DNA from: a virus
IMG/VR virus record: IMGVR_UViG_3300020030_000126
Coordinates: 1 to 5,958 of that record
DNA length: 5,958 nucleotides
Strand: one strand, 5' to 3'
Positions 1-3,710 of this stretch are shown piece by piece. The notes beneath the pieces are model-generated. The model searched no databases. It had not been told where the DNA came from and was given only the letters and a program-made list of their open reading frames with translations. The translations under genes and the position numbers were made by a program. Each line of letters opens with the position of its first letter. Position 1 is the first letter of the stretch.

Positions 1-6
1 AGCACA

Positions 7-46
7 GTGGAGGCTGGTATAGGCCGGCCGTGAGGCTGATAGGCCG
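7..46 (+). repeat. Tandem iteron-like direct repeat GTG(G)AGGCTG(GT)ATAGGCCG x2
   Basis: Copy 1 is 7-26 (gtggaggctggtataggccg) and copy 2 is 30-46 (gtgaggctgataggccg). All 17 aligned bases are identical, and the copies differ only by 1-nt and 2-nt insertions. Start-to-start spacing is 23 nt. An 8-bp GGCCGGCC palindrome (22-29) bridges the copies. The repeat recurs at 5844-5883 because of the terminal overlap. Confidence 0.6.
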
Positions 47-251
47 TACAAAAACCGCTGTAAAAAGGAGGATTGGGCTTGCCCTTTCCTCCCCCTATTT
101 CTCTCCGCAGCCGAAGGCTTGCACCTGCCGCAGGCACCGCTATTTCTCAAGCTTGCCACGCCGCAGTAACTCTCTGAACCCCCGGACTTTCCCGGGAATT
201 CTTGACAGACTGAAGAAAGAGCCCGAAGGGCCTTTACTTGACATTCTATGA
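30..251 (+). CDS. Doubtful ORF: 73-aa Arg/Lys-rich peptide (GTG start), or C-terminal extension of the upstream ORF if the TAG at 5837-5839 is read through
   Basis: The frame is open from window position 3 to the TGA at 249-251 and contains no ATG. On the circle it is in the same frame as ORF 5516-5839. It overlaps the dense repeats and hairpins of the intergenic region, so it may be non-coding. Confidence 0.2.
   Translation: MRLIGRTKTAVKRRIGLALSSPYFSPQPKACTCRRHRYFSSLPRRSNSLNPRTFPGILDRLKKEPEGPLLDIL
67..92 (+). other. Stable stem-loop GGAGGA-tt-GGG-cttg-CCC-tt-TCCTCC
   Basis: 67-72 pairs with 87-92 (6 bp). There is a symmetric tt/tt internal loop. 75-77 pairs with 82-84 (3 bp) around the loop cttg. 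The hairpin is preceded by an A5 run (62-66) and followed by a pyrimidine tract (93-106). Confidence 0.5.
107..122 (+). other. GAA-triloop hairpin GCAGCC-GAA-GGCT(T)GC
   Basis: 107-112 pairs with 116-122, with one bulged T. The loop is GAA (113-115), closed by a C:G pair. Confidence 0.45.
181..196 (+). other. GC-only hairpin CCCGG-actttc-CCGGG
   Basis: 181-185 pairs with 192-196 (5 G:C pairs) around the 6-nt loop 186-191. Confidence 0.4.
216..235 (+). other. GAA-triloop hairpin AAAG(A)GCCC-GAA-GGGCCTTT
   Basis: 221-224 pairs with 228-231 around the GAA loop (225-227). The stem extends through 216-219 paired with 232-235, with A220 bulged. Confidence 0.45.
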
Positions 252-364
252 TATGTGCGCGGCCCCTCTTCTGAGAGTTCGTGAATCGGATGAGGAAAAA
301 GGCAGAGAATGCTTGAACGGCGCGCAATCTTTCTATCGTTCTTTCACCACAAAAAACTAGAGTT

Positions 365-616
365 ATGACAACACAGGAAAAATCAACTAACAATTCTTTC
401 GACAAGGTCACTGATCGAATTGGTTCAGATCAAAAGATGAATAAAGGCAGAGCAGTTGTATGGATCGTCTTGATCGTCGCAATTGCGGTCGTTACCATAT
501 TTGCTAGTTGTTCTACGTCTCATCGAGTTTCCCAGTCCGCTTCGACCTTTAAGTCGGGCGATACACTTACCACCACTATCATTTATCAGCAAACCGGAAG
601 CTTTAAGAAAAGATAG
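365..616 (+). CDS. Small membrane protein with lipobox-like signal (83 aa from ATG 365; alternative 59-aa prelipoprotein-like form from ATG 437)
   Basis: The ORF does not overlap any other gene and ends (TAG 614-616) 2 nt before the VP2 ATG. It has one strongly hydrophobic span, AVVWIVLIVAIAVVTIFAS (aa 30-48, nt 452-508), preceded by KGR and followed by Cys49 (nt 509-511). The tail is Ser/Thr-rich and ends in KKR. I recognise no family. Confidence 0.6.
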   Translation: MTTQEKSTNNSFDKVTDRIGSDQKMNKGRAVVWIVLIVAIAVVTIFASCSTSHRVSQSASTFKSGDTLTTTIIYQQTGSFKKR

Positions 617-618
617 TC

Positions 619-1878
619 ATGGCTGCTCCTTCATTGATCTCACAATTAGGCATGTCGGCCGCCTCTGGAGCTACTTCTTCCTTCGGTAGTGCCGGCGGTT
701 CAGGTCTCGGTAATGCCATTTTCGGCGGTATTGCTGCTAAACGCCAGTGGAAGTACGCCCAAAAACAGATGGCCTTGCAGCAGCAGTATGCTCTTGAACA
801 GATGGCTAAAAGCGCCGAGTATCAGTTGAAACACGACAAATCAATGTTCGATTATGAGAATGCTTACAATGACCCGTCTAAAGTGTTCGAACGCTTCGCC
901 AAGGCTGGTGTCAATCCCGCTGCGGTTCTTGGTCAATCCGGCGCATCTGTTGGTGCTACGATCGGTACGGGTTCCGGTTCGGCACCTTCTGCTGGTGGAC
1001 CTTCGGCCAGTGGTTCCATCGGTTCAGCTCCCGCTTTCTCAGGTGATCCTACGGCTATTGCTCAGAACGCCCTTATGGACGCTACAAAACAAAAGGCGCA
1101 GCAAGATGCTCGTCTTTCCGCCGCGGAAGCCACAAGGATTGAGCGTGAGACACAGGGTTCTTCGTATTATAAGGCCATTGCCGACCTCAATCAGCAGCTT
1201 CTCGCTCACAATGTGAATGATGCCAAGTCGATGGCTGCTTACCATGATGCGTTGGCAAGAATTGAGCAGGCTTCGGCCCAGTATGCTGATTTGACCGCCA
1301 CTTATCAGTTCCAGCAGGTTATTTCTGATTACGCTCGTTCTGTTGAGGAATATCGGCGTCTCAAGGCTCTTAATGATGCTGAAATCCCCGTTATGGAGCA
1401 AATGGCAGCCGCCAACCTTGCTCTGACGCTTGCCCAAGCTTTCGCCGCTAATTCCCGCGGTTCGCTTGATCAGGTGCTCGGTGAGCAGGCAAAGATCAAT
1501 CTTGCGGATCTCGAGAACTGGTTTTCAGTCAATTGGACGACTCCCGTAGATGTCCCCGAAGTGGATGAAAAAGGTCGTCCTACTGGAAAGACTCGGAAGA
1601 TGACTGGCAAACAAATTCAGGAATACCTCCTCGGCCTTGGTGCCGCGTCGGCCGGTCAGGAACTCCCTGCTAATTGGTTCAATATCAGGTCGCAAAAAAA
1701 TCAATTCGGTTATTCAATGGCGAAGACTGTGATTGCAGCGGCCGCAGCCGCTGTTGTAACACGCGGGCGTGGCTCCGCCGCGCCCTCCGATTTCATTCAG
1801 ACGACCTCTCATTCGGACAGATACGGAGAATTTATCGGAGGCACCTCAGTACGAAGGAGTTACATCCCTCGTAAATAA
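619..1878 (+). CDS. VP2: DNA pilot / minor capsid protein VP2 (functional analogue of phiX174 H)
   Basis: The product is 419 aa. The N-terminus is Gly/Ala/Ser-rich and hydrophobic (GNAIFGGIAA). The block YNDPSKVFERFAKAGVNPAAVLG resembles the conserved xxP-x6-R-x3-AG(L/V)NP block of microvirus VP2 proteins, recognised from memory. There is a low-complexity G/S/A linker (about nt 931-1048), a long Ala/Gln-rich probable coiled coil, and a poly-Ala tract near the C-terminus. The stop codon is TAA. Confidence 0.85.
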   Translation: MAAPSLISQLGMSAASGATSSFGSAGGSGLGNAIFGGIAAKRQWKYAQKQMALQQQYALEQMAKSAEYQLKHDKSMFDYENAYNDPSKVFERFAKAGVNPAAVLGQSGASVGATIGTGSGSAPSAGGPSASGSIGSAPAFSGDPTAIAQNALMDATKQKAQQDARLSAAEATRIERETQGSSYYKAIADLNQQLLAHNVNDAKSMAAYHDALARIEQASAQYADLTATYQFQQVISDYARSVEEYRRLKALNDAEIPVMEQMAAANLALTLAQAFAANSRGSLDQVLGEQAKINLADLENWFSVNWTTPVDVPEVDEKGRPTGKTRKMTGKQIQEYLLGLGAASAGQELPANWFNIRSQKNQFGYSMAKTVIAAAAAAVVTRGRGSAAPSDFIQTTSHSDRYGEFIGGTSVRRSYIPRK

Positions 1879-1969
1879 AAAAGTCAAAAAAACTTGCAAA
1901 ACATTTGGAATATTCGAAATCTCTTTTCATCTTTGTTATACCAAATGTTCAACGTAAAAACCATTTATT

Positions 1970-2308
1970 ATGAAAACTTCAAAGATTGATCCTTTCGTGA
2001 ACTTTCAGGTTGTTTTGAGAATTATTCCTGAGACGGCTGCTTATTCGGTTACTATAGGCGAGATTCAGGATGATCAGTTTGTTCCAACCGATCGTCGTCC
2101 GGAGTCCTGTCCTTGCGATTGGGAAGAAGTCAAAGAAAATCCGCTCGCTCCCGGCCAACTCTATGTAGCTGCCGCCGATCTTCACACGCTTCTTTTCGAT
2201 ATCATGGCGCATTTCGATAATGTCGTTCTTTATCCCAACATGCTAGTTTTTTCCACAAAAGATTATCCGGTAACTTATGAAGCAGCGCAGAAAAAAGACG
2301 AAGAATAA
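1970..2308 (+). CDS. Hypothetical acidic protein, 112 aa (occupies the VP2-VP4 slot where gokushoviruses carry the scaffold VP3; no motif match seen)
   Basis: It starts at the first ATG after an in-frame TAA (1955-1957). It is on the + strand like all core genes, has a TAA stop, and overlaps no other gene. The product is acidic and ends in KKDEE. The antisense ORF 1979-2212 is considered a shadow. Confidence 0.65.
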   Translation: MKTSKIDPFVNFQVVLRIIPETAAYSVTIGEIQDDQFVPTDRRPESCPCDWEEVKENPLAPGQLYVAAADLHTLLFDIMAHFDNVVLYPNMLVFSTKDYPVTYEAAQKKDEE

Positions 2309-2369
2309 CGGAAGTCGTCGCGTTGTTCGGCCTCTTTTAGGCAAGGTTCTTTAAAATGGTTGACGACTG

Positions 2370-2418
2370 GGAGGAGAGAGAGGCATCGCTAAATTGCCAG
2401 ACCTTTCCTCCTTTTTTT
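2370..2418 (+). terminator. Candidate leaky rho-independent terminator: GGAGGA...TCCTCC stem followed by T7
   Basis: 2370-2375 (ggagga) pairs with 2406-2411 (tcctcc). An inner stem pairs GGCA (2382-2385) with TGCC (2395-2398). The structure is followed directly by ttttttt (2412-2418). The interior is long and imperfect, hence the low confidence. Confidence 0.3.
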
Positions 2419-2430
2419 AAATGAAACCTC

Positions 2431-2652
2431 ATGAATTGCATCAATTTGATAATCAACAACAAGCCCGTTCAGCTCATCATTCATGATGACGGACATGAAG
2501 GACCTTCTTTTGATGTGATGGCGGTTGTTGGTCGAGGAAGAACTGTTCGGTTCGGTCGTTTCAAGCAGCTTGGTCACGCCCAGCTGTATCGTGAAAAATA
2601 TGCCTTGTACTACAGACATGTGAAATTTTTCATCTCAAAATCTTTCCTCTGA
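2431..2652 (+). CDS. Small hypothetical protein, 73 aa, translationally coupled to VP4
   Basis: Its TGA stop (2650-2652) overlaps the VP4 ATG (2652-2654) as TGATG. It is on the + strand. The C-terminal half is rich in Arg/Lys/His/Tyr (GRGRTVRFGRFKQLGHAQLYREKYALYYRHVKFF). The competing antisense ORF 2389-2619 is disfavoured because microvirus genomes are transcribed from one strand. Confidence 0.5.
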   Translation: MNCINLIINNKPVQLIIHDDGHEGPSFDVMAVVGRGRTVRFGRFKQLGHAQLYREKYALYYRHVKFFISKSFL

Positions 2653-3710
2653 TGTGTACGTCACCTATTTGGATAGCTAATCGTCGATACACCCGAAAAG
2701 ATCACGATATCTCACTTCCGATGAGCAACTTGGCTCAAAATCCATGGGATGTCGCCCGATTCCGCTTGCTCGTTCCGTGCGGTCAATGCGAGGAATGCCT
2801 TAAGGCGCTCCGCAATGACTGGTATGTCAGACTTCGCCAAGAACTGGCGCGTTGTCGCCAGCAGCATGCCGAGGCGTGGTTCGTCACGATCACGATCAAT
2901 CCTCGTTATTACGACCGGGCGCTCAATGACCCGACATGGTTCATGCGTAAGTGGTTCGAGCGAGTCCGTCACGTCACCGGCCGATCCATCAAGCATGCCT
3001 TCTTTCAAGAATTCGGTACCCATGCTCAAACCGGTACCGAACCTCGACTCCATTTCCATGGCTTCCTTTTCGATCCGAAGATGCAGTACAACACACTACG
3101 CCGGATCGTTTCGAAATTCGGCTTCGTTTGGCTTTGTCAAGCCACTTCCAAGCGAGCTCGATATTGCGTTAAGTACGTTGTAAAAAACTTAAACACAGAT
3201 GGTTATGATATTCCTGACAAACTCCGCCTCAAACTCTCCGATCGCCGCTATACTAGAAAATTCGTCAGCCCCGGTGTTGGCGATTTTCTCGGTTCTCAGC
3301 CTCGTCCTAGCTTTTCTACTGGCACGTGGACTTTCGACGCTAATGTTAAGAGCGGTGGCTATATGTATCGGATTCCTCGTTACTATGACAGATACTTGGC
3401 CGACATTGAAAAAATCCAGCGCGCGATTCGGTCTGCTGCTAGCTATGCATGCTATTTCGGTGACCATATGGTCTCTGACTTTCTTCGGCGTCTTGCTCCG
3501 AGGTTCATGGTCGATCCGTCATCCTTATCCTTTGCAAAGGGTTCGTTCTCGCGACTGATGACCTACATAAAATACTCTGAATCAAAGAGATACATGGGTC
3601 GACCATTTATTGTACGAGATTTCAAACAGGTCATTCCGATTTGGAAACAGGCATTCGGCCTTGAACCCCCGGAAGATGTAATTTTCAATAAATCATTACT
3701 TTATGGCTAA
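2652..3710 (+). CDS. VP4: Rolling-circle replication initiation protein VP4 (HUH endonuclease, phiX174 gpA-like)
   Basis: The product is 352 aa and begins MCTSPIW. It has the Cys cluster VPCGQCEEC (C43/C46/C49). Rep motifs occur in canonical order: WFVTITINP (aa 76-84), HUH motif LHFHGFLF (aa 133-140, nt 3048-3071), and the two-tyrosine motif YCVKYVVKN (Y171/Y175, nt 3162-3176). The stop is TAA, and the gene overlaps the VP1 start by 8 nt. Confidence 0.93.
   Translation: MCTSPIWIANRRYTRKDHDISLPMSNLAQNPWDVARFRLLVPCGQCEECLKALRNDWYVRLRQELARCRQQHAEAWFVTITINPRYYDRALNDPTWFMRKWFERVRHVTGRSIKHAFFQEFGTHAQTGTEPRLHFHGFLFDPKMQYNTLRRIVSKFGFVWLCQATSKRARYCVKYVVKNLNTDGYDIPDKLRLKLSDRRYTRKFVSPGVGDFLGSQPRPSFSTGTWTFDANVKSGGYMYRIPRYYDRYLADIEKIQRAIRSAASYACYFGDHMVSDFLRRLAPRFMVDPSSLSFAKGSFSRLMTYIKYSESKRYMGRPFIVRDFKQVIPIWKQAFGLEPPEDVIFNKSLLYG

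Larger units (their letters stand above)
1..121. repeat. Terminal direct repeat, copy 1 of 2: self-overlap of a circular genome assembly
   Basis: Base-by-base comparison shows 1-121 is identical to 5838-5958. The window ends exactly where the second copy ends. This implies a 5,837-nt circular unit. Confidence 0.95.
3..364 (+). promoter_or_regulatory. Main intergenic region of the circle (362 nt, from the TAG at 5837-5839 = window position 2 to the ATG at 365); candidate origin/transcription-control region
   Basis: This is the largest stretch without a well-supported gene. It contains iteron-like direct repeats (7-26, 30-46), hairpins at 67-92, 107-122, 181-196 and 216-235, and short direct repeats (CTATTTCTC x2, CCGCAG x3). 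The function is inferred only. Confidence 0.4.

Noticed and set aside
1-121. Terminal 121-nt direct repeats read as LTRs, prophage att sites or a transposon boundary
   Set aside because: The repeats sit exactly at the two window ends with nothing outside them. The gene content is a complete microvirus set, and there is no integrase or transposase. The simplest explanation is a self-overlapping assembly of a circular genome.
65-177. AAGGAGG (65-71) followed 7 nt later by TTG (79-81), opening a 32-codon ORF to the TGA at 175-177 (MPFPPPISLRSRRLAPAAGTAISQACHAAVTL)
   Set aside because: The SD-like sequence is the 5' arm of the 67-92 hairpin. The start is non-ATG and the peptide is low-complexity. 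No other gene in the genome uses an SD, so this is most likely a structural element rather than a ribosome-binding site.
202-243. Two perfect sigma-70 -35 hexamers, TTGACA, at 202-207 and 238-243
   Set aside because: Neither has a TATAAT-like -10 element 16-18 nt downstream (gaaggg and ggcccc respectively). The TATGAT at 247-252 is only 3 nt from the second hexamer. The weak TTGAAC (313-318) / TATCGT (334-339) pair has 15-nt spacing. None is convincing as a promoter.
257-326. Possible long-range pairing of TGCGCG (257-262) with CGCGCA (321-326), and a small CTCT-tctg-AGAG hairpin just downstream of 262
   Set aside because: These are only 4-6 bp stems with large or minimal loops, which is within chance expectation for this composition.
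931-1048. Repetitive ggttc/ggtgc-rich DNA in VP2, considered as a possible tandem repeat or hypervariable cassette
   Set aside because: It simply encodes a Gly/Ser/Ala-rich low-complexity linker (GASVGATIGTGSGSAPSAGGPSASGSIGSAP). No regular DNA period or exact unit could be defined.
854-1216. Other + strand alternative-frame ORFs nested in genes: 483-689, 854-1216, 1674-1874, 1769-1957, 2749-3183, 2951-3172, 4373-4636, 4691-5035, 5063-5383 and 5628-5870
   Set aside because: Most are in the +1 frame of the host gene. Pyrimidine-rich third codon positions deplete stops in that frame, so long ORFs are expected by composition. Their products are Arg/Ser/Leu/Pro-rich and featureless. Only 3199-3558 was promoted to a low-confidence finding, because of its multi-TM profile.
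1039-1437. Minus-strand ORFs: 1039-1437 (132 aa), 1979-2212, 2389-2619, 2712-3059, 3189-3467, 4684-4977 and 5631-5888
   Set aside because: All lie antisense to well-supported or plausible + strand genes. Microviridae express genes from one strand only. Their products are low-complexity and Arg/Ser-rich, typical of shadow ORFs, and I recognise no motifs in them.
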